DNA from: Candidatus Saccharimonadales bacterium
GTDB taxonomy: Bacteria > Patescibacteriota > Saccharimonadia > Saccharimonadales > EFPC-124
Direction: 5' to 3'
Length of the DNA: 64,000 nucleotides
NCBI GenBank assembly: GCA_050730875.1
Contig: JBOHNX010000001.1
Span: 141,827 to 205,826 of the forward strand
Shown piece after piece: positions 53,340-64,000 of this stretch. A program made the translations under genes and the position numbers. Position 1 is the stretch's first letter. Each line of letters opens with the position of its first letter. The notes beneath the pieces were generated by a model. It saw only the letters and a list, made by a program, of their open reading frames with translations. It was not told where the DNA came from and did no database searches.

Positions 53340-54859
53340 TATCAGTAAAAGAATTGTCTGCAGAGCTGCAAACAGCCATTGAGCAGCTGCAGGCCGAGCA
53401 AGGTCTCGAAGAAGTCGGCATTATTACCCGCGTTGGCGATGGTGTGGCTTGGGTGTATGGCCTGAAAAATTGTGGCTTTAACGAAGTCCTAGAAATCGAA
53501 GGCTTGAACGGCCAAACCGTTCGTGCGTTCGCATTGAACTTGATGGAAGACGAAATCGGCGCCGTACTCCTTGGCGACGACAGTCTTGTGCAAGCTGGTG
53601 CGCGCGTTCGCTTGAGCGGTTCGGTTCTTAAAGTGCCAGTCGGCCCAGAACTCCTTGGCCGCGTGGTTGACCCGCTTGGTCGTCCGCTCGATGGTGCTGG
53701 TCCGATCAAGGCTAAGGCTGAGGGTGCTGTTGAGCGCTCTGCACCAGGTGTTATGGACCGCAAAAGCGTGCACGAACCACTGATGACCGGTTTAATGGCT
53801 ATCGACACCATGATTCCAGTTGGTCGTGGCCAACGTGAGCTTATTATTGGTGACCGCCAAACTGGTAAGACTGCCATTACTATCGACACCATGATCAACC
53901 AGGCGCGTGGGAAGTCTGGCGTTATCAACGTCTACGTTGCCGTTGGCCAAAAGCTGAGTAAAGTCAGCCGTATTGTTGAGCGCCTCAAGGCAGAAGGCGT
54001 GATGGACCAAACTATTGTGGTTGCTACCAGTCCAGCTGACCCAGCATCACTTCTCTATCTCGCACCATACGCTGGTACTGCTATGGGTGAATACTTCCGC
54101 GACAACAAACAGCATGCTTTGGTGATTTACGACGACCTTACCAAGCACGCTGCGGCGTATCGCCAGATGTCACTCTTGCTTCGCCGCCCACCAGGACGCG
54201 AGGCGTACCCTGGTGATGTTTTCTACCTCCACTCTCGCCTGCTCGAGCGCGCAGCTAAGCTTAGCGACAATCTTGGTGCTGGTAGTCTTACGGCCTTACC
54301 GATCATCGAAACCCAAGCCGGTGACATTTCGGCATACATTCCGACTAACGTGATCTCGATTACCGATGGTCAGATCTTCCTCGAAACCAATCTGTTCTAC
54401 CAGGGTATTCGCCCAGCTATTTCGGTTGGTCTATCGGTTTCTCGTGTGGGTGGTGCCGCCCAAACCAAGGCCGTTAAAAGCGTGAGCGGTAGCTTGCGCC
54501 TTGACCTTGCCCAGTTCCGCGAGCTTGCAGCGTTTACCCAGTTCTCAACCGACCTTGATGCCGAAACCAAGAAGCGCATTAATCGTGGTCAACGCCTGAC
54601 TGAGCTGCTCAAGCAGCCACAATACAGTCCAATGAGCGTTTGGGAACAAGTTGCTGTGCTATTGCCGGCGACCGAAGGTGTGTTCGACACTGTACCAGTA
54701 GAAAAATTGCACGATGTTACCCGTGCCTTGCTTGCTGAATTGTGGGCCGACCACAAGGACGCGATGAAAGAGCTCAGTAAGGGCGACAAGCCAAGTGACG
54801 ACGTTAAGAAACTCGTCCTGGATGCCGCTAAGAAGATTGCAAAGGGGTACGAGAGCTAG
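53336..54859 (+). CDS. atpA: F0F1 ATP synthase subunit alpha
   Basis: [17 protein letters not shown] Walker A. Typical alpha motifs throughout. Confidence 0.96.
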   Translation: MISVKELSAELQTAIEQLQAEQGLEEVGIITRVGDGVAWVYGLKNCGFNEVLEIEGLNGQTVRAFALNLMEDEIGAVLLGDDSLVQAGARVRLSGSVLKVPVGPELLGRVVDPLGRPLDGAGPIKAKAEGAVERSAPGVMDRKSVHEPLMTGLMAIDTMIPVGRGQRELIIGDRQTGKTAITIDTMINQARGKSGVINVYVAVGQKLSKVSRIVERLKAEGVMDQTIVVATSPADPASLLYLAPYAGTAMGEYFRDNKQHALVIYDDLTKHAAAYRQMSLLLRRPPGREAYPGDVFYLHSRLLERAAKLSDNLGAGSLTALPIIETQAGDISAYIPTNVISITDGQIFLETNLFYQGIRPAISVGLSVSRVGGAAQTKAVKSVSGSLRLDLAQFRELAAFTQFSTDLDAETKKRINRGQRLTELLKQPQYSPMSVWEQVAVLLPATEGVFDTVPVEKLHDVTRALLAELWADHKDAMKELSKGDKPSDDVKKLVLDAAKKIAKGYES

Positions 54860-54862
54860 CGT

Positions 54863-55725
54863 ATGGCTAATACAACCGCGATTAAGCGCCGCATTGGTTC
54901 GGTTAAGAACACTCGCCAGATTACCAAGGCTATGGAGCTGGTGGCGGCTTCGCGTATGCGCAAAGCGCAGGAAGCAACCCTGAAGAGTCGCTTATTTAGC
55001 CAAATGGCGCGTGAGCTGTTGACTCGTCTAAGCCAGCTGACCGACATCAAGCAGTACGAACTGTTTGCCGAACGACCCGTAAAAGCCCGGCTTATCGTAG
55101 TTATTACAAGTGACCGTGGTTTGGCTGGTGCATACAACTCGAATTCGCTTAAAAAATACTTGGGTGAGCTCAAAAAAGATGGCGACGAAAAGGTAAAAAA
55201 CTACACTATTTGCGTTGGCCAAAAGGCGGCACACCTAGTTGCAAAGCTCAAAGACACCGAGGTCGTTGGCGTGTACCGCGACTTTCCAGATGAGCCGAGC
55301 GCAAATGACCTGCAGCCTATTGTTGGCACCGCGCTCGAAATGTTTATAGACGGCCGTGTGGATGCTGTGGACGTTATCTACACCCACTACTTCTCGAGCA
55401 TTCGCCAAGAGCCAACTGTGCAGCGTTTGCTGCCAGCCGGTTTTAGCGAAGCGCCCGTCAGCCCAGAGCTGCGTCTGGCAACGTTCGAACCATCTGCCGA
55501 AGCGGTGCTAGAAAACGCAACTCGCCGCCTAATTGAAGTGCAATTGCTCCAGGCGTTACTGGAGTCAATCGCCTCAGAGCACTCTATGCGCATGCTCGCC
55601 ATGAAGAATGCCACCGACAACGCGAACGAGCTTGTTGATGACCTAACGCTCGAATATAACAACGCCCGCCAAGCAAGCATCACCCAAGAATTAGCCGAAA
55701 TTACCGGCGGCGCGGAGGCACTGAA

Positions 55726-55729
<4 letters not shown>
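54863..55729 (+). CDS. atpG: F0F1 ATP synthase subunit gamma
   Basis: IKRRIGSVKNTRQITKAMELVAASRMRKAQ N-terminus. C-terminal NARQASITQELAEI. Confidence 0.93.
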
Positions 55730-57346
<1,617 letters not shown>

Positions 57347-57474
57347 GGATGGAAATGGGCGCTCGTATAATTCTTTGGAGGCACCTCGGAAGCACAAAAT
57401 GTGCTATTCAAGCACATTTTGTGACCCGCACGTGCCGAGAAAGAAGTTATACGAAAAGCCCCAACAAATAAACC

Positions 57475-57921
57475 ATGCTAAATCTAGAATTAGTAACACT
57501 ACACGGGCCAAAGTTCCAAGAGGAAGTCTACGAAGTTATTTTGCCGACGGCCGATGGAATGATCGCGGTGTACCCGCACCACATGCCACTAGTTTCGCAG
57601 TTGGTGTCGGGTGTGATAAGTGTGCGCCGCAAAAAGTCCGACGTCAACGAGCAGGTTGAATACTTCGCTACCAACGGCGGTGTCGCCGAGATTGGCAGCG
57701 AAACCGTTCGCGTGCTGGTTGACGAAGCCGACCACGCCGAAGAACTGGTTGAGCAAGAAGAGCAAGCCGCACTCGAGCGTGCCAAGCAGCTCAAGGCTGA
57801 AGCCAAGGACGAAGTCGAGCTGGAACACGCGACGACACTTGTCGACCGCCAGGCAGTCCGCCTAAAAGTTGCTCAACTCCGCCGTCATCGCGGGCAAAAA
57901 CATATTCCATCTTCGCAATAG
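57475..57921 (+). CDS. atpC: F0F1 ATP synthase subunit epsilon
   Basis: The N-terminal beta-sandwich pattern LELVTLHGPKFQEEVYEVILPTADGMIAVYPHHMPL is followed by a helical tail. Confidence 0.88.
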   Translation: MLNLELVTLHGPKFQEEVYEVILPTADGMIAVYPHHMPLVSQLVSGVISVRRKKSDVNEQVEYFATNGGVAEIGSETVRVLVDEADHAEELVEQEEQAALERAKQLKAEAKDEVELEHATTLVDRQAVRLKVAQLRRHRGQKHIPSSQ

Positions 57922-57930
57922 GTCAGGTGG

Positions 57931-58887
57931 CTAACCCGCCAAAATTGCTGCTGGTTGTAAGAGCCGACGTGCTTCGTCGATAGACTTCGTGTCCATTAGC
58001 TCGGCACGGAGTTCGTGCGCGCCTGGGAAGTCGCGGATGTAGATTTTAAAGAAGCGCTTCAGTGGCGCGTACGGACGCGAATCGTCCCAGGTCTTCTCCC
58101 ATAAATCTAAGTGGAAATTGAGCAGCTCGAGCAGTTCTTCCCTGCTGTGCGCTCTCGGTTCTTTTTCGAAACAAAATGGATTATGGAAGATACCGCGGCC
58201 GATCATAATGCCATCGACGCCGGTTTCTTTAGTTTTTTGCAGGCCATCTTGGCGGTCTACGACATCGCCGTTGCCAATGATTAGAGTCTGCGGTGCAATC
58301 TCGTCGCGCAGTTTTACGGCTTTGGCAACCTCTTCCCAGCGGGCTGGTACTTTGCTCATTTCTTTTGCGGTGCGTGCATGAACAGTCAGGGCTACAATAT
58401 CCTGTTTTAGTAAGAAACTAATCCATTCTTCGGTTTTTTGGTATTTAAAACCAACGCGAGTCTTAACGCTAACCGGTAAACCACCTTCTTTGGCAGCGGC
58501 AATTAGCTCAGCTGCGAGTGGTGGGTTTTCAATCAACGCTGCGCAACTACCCTTTTTAGTAATTTGCTTGTCCGGGCAGCCCATGTTGATGTCGATACCG
58601 GCAAAGCCCATTTCTTTCAGACCTTTGGCCATTTGGGCAAAGTTTTCGGGGTTAGTGCCCCAAATTTGTGCCACCATTGGCTGCTCGTCCGGCGTAAATA
58701 GCAGGCGCCCACGTGTACTGTGCTCACCCTTGGGGCTACAATAGCTAGCCGCATTGGTAAATTCAGTAAAAAACACGTCAGGACGAGCTGCATTTGCCAC
58801 GACATGACGAAACACCGTGTCGGTCACGGCTTCCATTGGGGCAAGCACAAAAAATGGTTTGGGCAGATCCTGCCAGAATGATTTCAT
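57931..58887 (-). CDS. dus: tRNA-dihydrouridine synthase
   Basis: FVLAPMEAVTD...GIDINMGCP...VSVKTR...LTVHARTAKE. The likely start is 58887 (MKSFWQ); the ORF track starts at 58926. Confidence 0.88.
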   Translation of the reverse strand: MKSFWQDLPKPFFVLAPMEAVTDTVFRHVVANAARPDVFFTEFTNAASYCSPKGEHSTRGRLLFTPDEQPMVAQIWGTNPENFAQMAKGLKEMGFAGIDINMGCPDKQITKKGSCAALIENPPLAAELIAAAKEGGLPVSVKTRVGFKYQKTEEWISFLLKQDIVALTVHARTAKEMSKVPARWEEVAKAVKLRDEIAPQTLIIGNGDVVDRQDGLQKTKETGVDGIMIGRGIFHNPFCFEKEPRAHSREELLELLNFHLDLWEKTWDDSRPYAPLKRFFKIYIRDFPGAHELRAELMDTKSIDEARRLLQPAAILAG

Positions 58888-58964
58888 CTTATCCTTATTA
58901 TAGAGAAACCCCGCCCGGTTGCACATCGTTGTACAAACCGAGCGGGTGCTTAGTCCCCGAGGGG

Positions 58965-59102
58965 CTAGTTCGTGTTGTTGTTCTGGTTCGTTTCAGTCGA
59001 CGGTTTCTGACCCTGCATTAAATCGCGGGCTCGTGTGGCGGCTTGGGCTTCTTGGGTTGCTACCCTTTTGTCGGGTTTCCCCTGCCCGGTCGACTTTGCC
59101 AT
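58965..59102 (-). CDS. hypothetical hydrophilic 45-aa protein
   Basis: MAKSTGQGKPDKRVATQEAQAATRARDLMQGQKPSTETNQNNNTN. A GGAGGGGTGG RBS lies 5 nt upstream. Promoter-like TTGACT-17-TAACAT at about 59176-59204. Confidence 0.45.
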   Translation of the reverse strand: MAKSTGQGKPDKRVATQEAQAATRARDLMQGQKPSTETNQNNNTN

Positions 59103-59318
59103 TTTTCCACCCCTCCGGTAGGTTTGGGGACAGTGTTTTCTGCCGCGTTCGGTAGTGAACACGACAATTAACCATGTTACACATTATGTATGTATAAGTC
59201 AACCCTCCAACAGATATAAAGCGTCTTCCACAACATACGAATCTCGTACATTCTGAAAGACGGACAGGCGTGAACTGTAGTGCGAGGGGGGAAGCCAACG
59301 ACTTCCCCCCTCGCATCG

Positions 59319-59471
59319 CTACTCGTGCACCTTGCCGCAAGCATGACACTGCCACGGATCGGTGAGCTTGCCTCCGGTGAGGTAGTTGGTTGTACCGCAC
59401 TTGGAGCAAGTTGTCTTGATGGGATTGGTAGATCCCGTTGCTCTGTCCTTGCCGTAACGGCGATTCGTCAT
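59319..59471 (-). CDS. 50-aa zinc-ribbon protein (CxxC...CxxC)
   Basis: MTNRRYGKDRATGSTNPIKTTCSKCGTTNYLTGGKLTDPWQCHACGKVHE. Has a GGGGTGAG RBS. Begins 41 nt after tRNA-Pro. The stop is followed by a 13-bp G/C hairpin (59284-59296/59304-59316). Confidence 0.5.
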   Translation of the reverse strand: MTNRRYGKDRATGSTNPIKTTCSKCGTTNYLTGGKLTDPWQCHACGKVHE

Positions 59472-59512
59472 CGCCAAGTTACTCACCCCTTCGATCGAAT
59501 CTGACGACAACG

Positions 59513-59584
59513 TCGGGCTGGCCGGATTTGAACCGACACCCTTCCCATCCCAAACGGGAGGCTCCACCGTTGAGCTACAGCCCG
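59513..59584 (-). tRNA. tRNA-Pro (anticodon UGG), CCA not encoded
   Basis: CGGGCUG acceptor stem, GCUCAACGGUGGAGC D-arm, anticodon loop UUUGGGA and T-arm GUCGGUUCAAAUCCGGC. Confidence 0.9.
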
Positions 59585-59805
59585 GGTGAGGAGTTGGCGG
59601 ATGATCCTTTGGCGGGGCTCTCGGATGGGCCACCATTTAACGCCGCGGAATTGGTCACGTAAGCGCAGGACATCCTTTAGCGTTAAGGGTTCCGCGTAGC
59701 CAACTCCTCCAGTTACGGGTCGGCTGTGTTAGGCCGAGTACCGTAACTTCCAAAAAAGCTTGTTCACGCCTGTCAATGTGCGGACCTTCTTTGGAGAAAG
59801 CCAGC
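59585..59805 (-). ncRNA. ~220-nt structured leader co-transcribed with tRNA-Pro, unassigned
   Basis: Promoter TTGACA-16-TACAAT (59812-59839, - strand). An 11-bp long-range helix (59588-59598/59700-59710) abuts the tRNA 5' end. Further helices carry G.U pairs that are valid only on the - strand (CCAAAGAAG/CUUUUUUGG, UGGUGG/CCGCCA). Confidence 0.45.
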
Positions 59806-59895
59806 TCATTTATTGTACAACTATTAGCAAAGGTGTCAAGATTTGGCACCCCTGAACAAGCGTCATTGGTTGTTCAGGGGTGGAAGCATTATTGA

Positions 59896-60048
59896 TTACC
59901 CGTTCTTGTCGTGCTGTTTCTTGAGCCTGTCTCTCTTAGCTCTGAGCCTATCGGCCTCCTTTTTGGCGGCCTTGGGGTTCTTGGCTGCCGGACTTTCCAG
60001 GATTTTGATTTGCTGGTCAAGCGCAAAGAGCTTACGCAAAAAACCCAC
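59896..60048 (-). CDS. 50-aa basic helical protein (GTG start)
   Basis: A GAGAGGAG RBS lies 8 nt before the GTG. Sequence MGFLRKLFALDQQIKILESPAAKNPKAAKKEADRLRAKRDRLKKQHDKNG. A hairpin at 59847-59882 follows the stop. Confidence 0.45.
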   Translation of the reverse strand: MGFLRKLFALDQQIKILESPAAKNPKAAKKEADRLRAKRDRLKKQHDKNG

Positions 60049-60115
60049 AGCAAATACTCCTCTCGGACGAGTGAGCACGGATGTCGCTTTGCTTCATTCC
60101 TATGCTAAAAAGCGC

Positions 60116-63100
60116 TTATGCTTTTGTCAATTCCAAAAGTAAGTCTTTTTCGAATTGCTGGATGCCTTTAGAGTTGGGGTCGTACTGACTGGTGTCGGGG
60201 AAACTAAGCTGCTGGATGTGACGCCATACTGCTGTGAGTAGTTGCTTAAATTCGACTAACTCCTCGTCGGTAAATGTTAATTCGAGCTGATGCAGCTGCC
60301 CATCTGGGTCGGCTTCGATAAACTCCAGTACGCCACGCGTGACGGTGTAATTGCTAAAGTCGCGCGAGTTTTCGACCAACAGTTTATAAAGCATGAGCTG
60401 CTGTTTGTATTTGTGCAGTTTAATTTTTTCGAAGTCGGTGCCGGCGCGCCAACTGTTGAAGGCTTTGCCGGTTTTATAGTCGACTACTGTGATGGTTTTA
60501 TTGGTTTCGTCAATTTCCATTACGTCGATGGCACCGGTTAAGCGAACGCCATCGATAACCACGTTTTGGGCAGCAAAACTGCGCTCGGCTTTGTGCTCTG
60601 GCTTAAAGCGGTCGTAGCGGGCACCTAAGTATGTTTGCAAGACGTCGCTTCCTTTTTCGAACAAATACATGAAATCGCGTTCGCTTAGGCGAGCTTGCTG
60701 TAGCTGGACGTCGTAATCGTGTAAGACGTCTTCCATTGGGCGGCGTTCGCCCGTGGCACTTAAGTGCGTTTGTGCGCGGTGCAGCACGGCGTGGATGGCA
60801 TGGCCAAATACCTGATGCGGCGTCATGGCCTGTGGGAAGCGCAGCAGATTTTGCAGTAGGAAGGCTTGTGGCCCGCCGCGAGAAACATCGAGGAAGTTAT
60901 TTAAGTGTGTGGCGCTGAGGCAGTATTTTTCGAGTACTGGTTTTAGGAGGACTTCTTGTTTGACTTTCGGCAGGCTTAAGTGACGTTGCTGCCAGCCGGG
61001 CGTTAAATGCTCGATGTTTGCTGTGCCGTTTTGCTCGTGCAAGCTAGGCTGCAGGCCATGCAAAAATTCGGCCAGGATGCTTTCTTTGCCGTTTGAATCG
61101 TGCGTGTACGCGGTGAGGAGCAGATGGTGCTTGGCGCGCGTCATGGCTACAAAGAACAAGCGTAGGCTGTCATCGAAGCGCTGGCCGGCTGGTTCGATTG
61201 GCATGTTGTATGGGAAGCTCAGCTGCGAGCCTGGCTTGCGGGCGCGCCGTCCCCAAATTTCGTCCTGACAACTCAGTACAAATACGGTGTCGAATTCTAG
61301 TCCCTTGGCTTTGTGGGCGGTCATGAGCTCTACCCCGCTCACATCGTCTACATGCTGGGCGGTGTCAACGATTGGCGTGTTGGTCCGTTTGTGGAGTTCG
61401 ACAAAATCTACAAAGTCGCGTAGGTGCAGTGTTTCGCCCGGGTGGTAATCGGCCAGTGCTTGGCGGATGGTGCGCAGGTTGCTGAGTAGCGTGAGGTACT
61501 CGTTGGGGTTATCCTGCAAGCGCTTGCCGTTAAAGTAATGGGCTCGGTATGGCGAAATGAATTCTTCGGCCGGGCCGTGCTCGCGCGGGGGTTCGGCATC
61601 GACATCGGTTTCGTTGGGTAATTGCGATTCGTTGCTGCCGATCAAAATGTCCAACATGGTTTCCAGTGGTTCGTGCAGTGCCTGGTGAGAGGCTACAATT
61701 AGTAGCTCGGCAATTTGCCGCAATTTGCCGTCGGATTCAATCATGACCTCGAGCCACATGCGTCGCTGCTTGTAGGAGTCAATTGAAAGTTGCCAGAGGT
61801 CCGAAGTTTTGAGATTCCAGAATTCGTAGCTCAAAAGCTCTGGTAGTAATGCTTCTACTAGGTCGTAGCGTTGTTCACTCAGAAATACTATAACGCCCGC
61901 GAGCGTTATGAGTTCGCGGATATGGGGGCTTTCCAAGACGTTGCTGCGGCGTTCGTAATTAACTTTTAGGTTGGCGGCATGTAGGTAAGGCAGCAGCTCA
62001 ACCAGTTGTCTGTGGTGGCGAGCCAAGACTGCGATTTCGTTTGGTAGCGTGCCGGCTTTGATGCGCTCGGCAATTTGCGTGGCAATCCATTCGTATTGGG
62101 CTTCGGGGTCGGCAAATTGGTGGAGTTCTGGGTGACGGTCTACGAGCGTGTTGTGGGCGGTTAGCTCTTTGCTAATGTGCCCAAGTGTGGTTTCTAGCCG
62201 CTGCTCACCCTGCGTAATCACCTCACGGGCTCTTGAAAGAATTGGCTTGGTCGAGCGGTAATTGTCGGTCAGTGTGACAATGGTGGTGCCGCTGTAACGC
62301 ATGGTGAAGTCGAGGATGTTACTGAGCTCTGCACCTTGGAACGCGTAGATTGCTTGGTCGTCATCTCCCACTGCCAGTACATTTGGTCGGCCTTCGTTCA
62401 CCGGATTTTCGGCGAGCGCACTCAACAAGCGCAGCTGGGCGCCGTTGGTGTCTTGAAATTCGTCGACCATGAGGTACAGGTATTGTTCTTGCAGGTTAAA
62501 GCGAAGTTCGGGCGTGGTTTCGAGCGTATGGGCGACCATGCTGACCATGTCGTCGAAATCAAATAATTCGTGCTCGATCAATTTCTCGCGGTAGAGTTTG
62601 TAGATTTTAGCAAGCGCGCGCAGTTTTTTGGCGCGCGTACGGTCTTTAAAAACAAACTCGCCGGCGCGGTTTTTCTCTAACCAGCGATTGCGCCAGGTGG
62701 TTAGCGGTGTGGTTTTGCCTGAGGCCTCGGCGTCGCCTACTGCTTTGGTAAATTCGTGGCTGCAGAGTTCGCCCAATGGTTTTACAAACTCAAGTTCGAG
62801 TGGTTCCGACTTAAACTTTGCAAGCTGCTCGGCGATGCCGCTAAAGCGTGGGAAGTCTTTTTTGCTGAAGCGAGCAGCGAAGGCTTCGGCCAAGTGCGGT
62901 TCGGCGAAATCGCAAAATGCTTGGTTGTGCTCGATGACGGCCAGGAGTTCATCTGGCAGTAAACCGGCACGCTTGAGGTGAGAAATTGCCCTTTGAGTGT
63001 CTTTGAGGGCCGTGAATTCATCGTTCATGGTCTTGGCGAGTGGGTTGTTGTGCGGCAATGTGCGGAAGATTTCGCGCAAAATCTCGTAACTAGCTAGTTC

Positions 63101-63445
63101 GTCGGCTGGCGAAAATCGCGCACCATTATAAAAGTATTCGGGGTAATGATTAATAATTTCGGCGCCAAAACTGTGGAAGGTGTGCACGGCCACCTTGTTG
63201 CCATCTGGACCCATGAGGCTAATCAACCGTTTGCGCATTGCCTGGGCGGCCGATTCGGTAAACGTCAGACACAAAATGTTATTAGGTGCGGTGTCGGTTT
63301 TTTGGACGATGTTAGCCGCACGCATGCTCAGTAGCTGCGTTTTACCGGTACCGGGGCCCGCCACAACGAGCACTGGGCCCTCGATTGTATCGACAGCCTG
63401 ACGCTGTGCAGCGTTTAACTGTTTGTACCCCTCCTTAAAACTCAT
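60116..63445 (-). CDS. UvrD/PcrA-type SF1 helicase fused to C-terminal RecB-like PD-(D/E)xK nuclease
   Basis: Walker A VVAGPGTGKTQLL, motif II MVDEFQDTN, and a C-terminal GAIDVMEID...VVDYKTGK nuclease motif. Confidence 0.88.
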   Translation of the reverse strand: MSFKEGYKQLNAAQRQAVDTIEGPVLVVAGPGTGKTQLLSMRAANIVQKTDTAPNNILCLTFTESAAQAMRKRLISLMGPDGNKVAVHTFHSFGAEIINHYPEYFYNGARFSPADELASYEILREIFRTLPHNNPLAKTMNDEFTALKDTQRAISHLKRAGLLPDELLAVIEHNQAFCDFAEPHLAEAFAARFSKKDFPRFSGIAEQLAKFKSEPLELEFVKPLGELCSHEFTKAVGDAEASGKTTPLTTWRNRWLEKNRAGEFVFKDRTRAKKLRALAKIYKLYREKLIEHELFDFDDMVSMVAHTLETTPELRFNLQEQYLYLMVDEFQDTNGAQLRLLSALAENPVNEGRPNVLAVGDDDQAIYAFQGAELSNILDFTMRYSGTTIVTLTDNYRSTKPILSRAREVITQGEQRLETTLGHISKELTAHNTLVDRHPELHQFADPEAQYEWIATQIAERIKAGTLPNEIAVLARHHRQLVELLPYLHAANLKVNYERRSNVLESPHIRELITLAGVIVFLSEQRYDLVEALLPELLSYEFWNLKTSDLWQLSIDSYKQRRMWLEVMIESDGKLRQIAELLIVASHQALHEPLETMLDILIGSNESQLPNETDVDAEPPREHGPAEEFISPYRAHYFNGKRLQDNPNEYLTLLSNLRTIRQALADYHPGETLHLRDFVDFVELHKRTNTPIVDTAQHVDDVSGVELMTAHKAKGLEFDTVFVLSCQDEIWGRRARKPGSQLSFPYNMPIEPAGQRFDDSLRLFFVAMTRAKHHLLLTAYTHDSNGKESILAEFLHGLQPSLHEQNGTANIEHLTPGWQQRHLSLPKVKQEVLLKPVLEKYCLSATHLNNFLDVSRGGPQAFLLQNLLRFPQAMTPHQVFGHAIHAVLHRAQTHLSATGERRPMEDVLHDYDVQLQQARLSERDFMYLFEKGSDVLQTYLGARYDRFKPEHKAERSFAAQNVVIDGVRLTGAIDVMEIDETNKTITVVDYKTGKAFNSWRAGTDFEKIKLHKYKQQLMLYKLLVENSRDFSNYTVTRGVLEFIEADPDGQLHQLELTFTDEELVEFKQLLTAVWRHIQQLSFPDTSQYDPNSKGIQQFEKDLLLELTKA

Positions 63446-63573
63446 GCATTTATTCTAGCAGTCGCTTCCCATTTTTCACATCTATTTTACAGAGATGGCG
63501 ATGTAAAAAGTACTTGCCTTAGTTGTAACGAGCGCGCTATGCTTAGCTCATAAGACAATTGGAGGGAAACAAT

Positions 63574-64000
63574 ATGGCTTTGCAACAACTAGAAGAAAAA
63601 CTCAACGAGTTTTTCGTAACAAAGGCACCGTTCCAGCTACCAGAGAACGGTAAGAAAGTGCTCGTGCAGCTTTTGCCTTGGCTGACGTTAATTGGTGGTG
63701 TGCTTTCACTGTTTGCTGTTTGGGGTTTGTACCAGCTAGCAACGTGGGCAAACAGCGTTTCGATGTGGGCAAACGAACTTAACCGTGCTTACGGTACGTA
63801 CGGCTATCCAACCACAGCTGCAGCGGTTGGTCCGGTTGTATGGCTAAGCCTTGCGTTAATGTTGGTTGTAGCTGTACTGTACTTTGTTGCTTTCCCGGCG
63901 CTACGCGCCCGCAAGAAGAGCGGTTGGAACATCTTGCTCTGGGTAGCACTGCTTTATGTCGCGGTGGCTATTGTAAACTTGTTCATGGACCAACAGATTG
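63574..64000 (+). CDS. hypothetical membrane protein, 3' end outside window
   Basis: A GGAGGG RBS lies 7 nt before the ATG at 63574. The frame is open to the window end. It has several hydrophobic helices. It is absent from the ORF track because no stop lies within the window. Confidence 0.55.
   Translation, partial: MALQQLEEKLNEFFVTKAPFQLPENGKKVLVQLLPWLTLIGGVLSLFAVWGLYQLATWANSVSMWANELNRAYGTYGYPTTAAAVGPVVWLSLALMLVVAVLYFVAFPALRARKKSGWNILLWVALLYVAVAIVNLFMDQQI

Noticed and set aside
53320-53928. A 202-aa ORF antisense to atpA.
   Set aside because: It is a shadow ORF within a highly conserved gene.
59319-59636. A 105-aa ORF in the track.
   Set aside because: Its N-terminal half runs straight through tRNA-Pro (59513-59584). 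Only the C-terminal 50 codons (59319..59471), which have their own RBS, are plausible.

Overview
This is a 64-kb chromosomal window from a small-genome bacterium. The gene content suggests a Patescibacteria/CPR lineage such as Saccharibacteria, but that is inference only. Supporting features are a dcw block (mraY-ftsW-murG-ftsQ) that stops without ftsA/ftsZ, a membrane-anchored VirD4/TraG-like ATPase, a sortase with a PEGA surface protein, secreted nucleases, redox helpers, an F-type ATPase operon, and almost no biosynthesis. I call about 75 protein genes and 3 tRNAs (Glu-CUC, Leu-CAA, Pro-UGG). I saw no rRNA, CRISPR array, transposase, integrase or reverse transcriptase. Housekeeping genes include topA, dprA, pth, der, gltX, xth, pyrH, smpB, dus, two histidine-kinase/response-regulator pairs and a UvrD-type helicase-nuclease. 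Four things deserve a second look. (1) Five orphan, highly structured non-coding units lie at 3889-4828, 8842-9253, 11699-12066, 13291-13618 and 59585-59805. Several have near-consensus sigma70 promoters and/or intrinsic terminators. I cannot assign any of them by eye to RNase P, tmRNA, SRP or 6S RNA. (2) An accessory tract at about 19.9-27.6 kb ends at tRNA-Glu. It holds GC3-rich genes, a Panacea(DUF4065)-type toxin-antitoxin pair, an OB-less ligase, and a cutinase-fusion gene bracketed by tRNA-Glu and a degenerate copy of the tRNA 3' end. (3) Two divergent tandem paralogs with a PD-(D/E)xK-like motif sit next to tRNA-Leu. (4) An 83-codon ORF is translationally coupled between atpG and atpD. 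All functional calls rest on motif recognition by eye; no searches were run.
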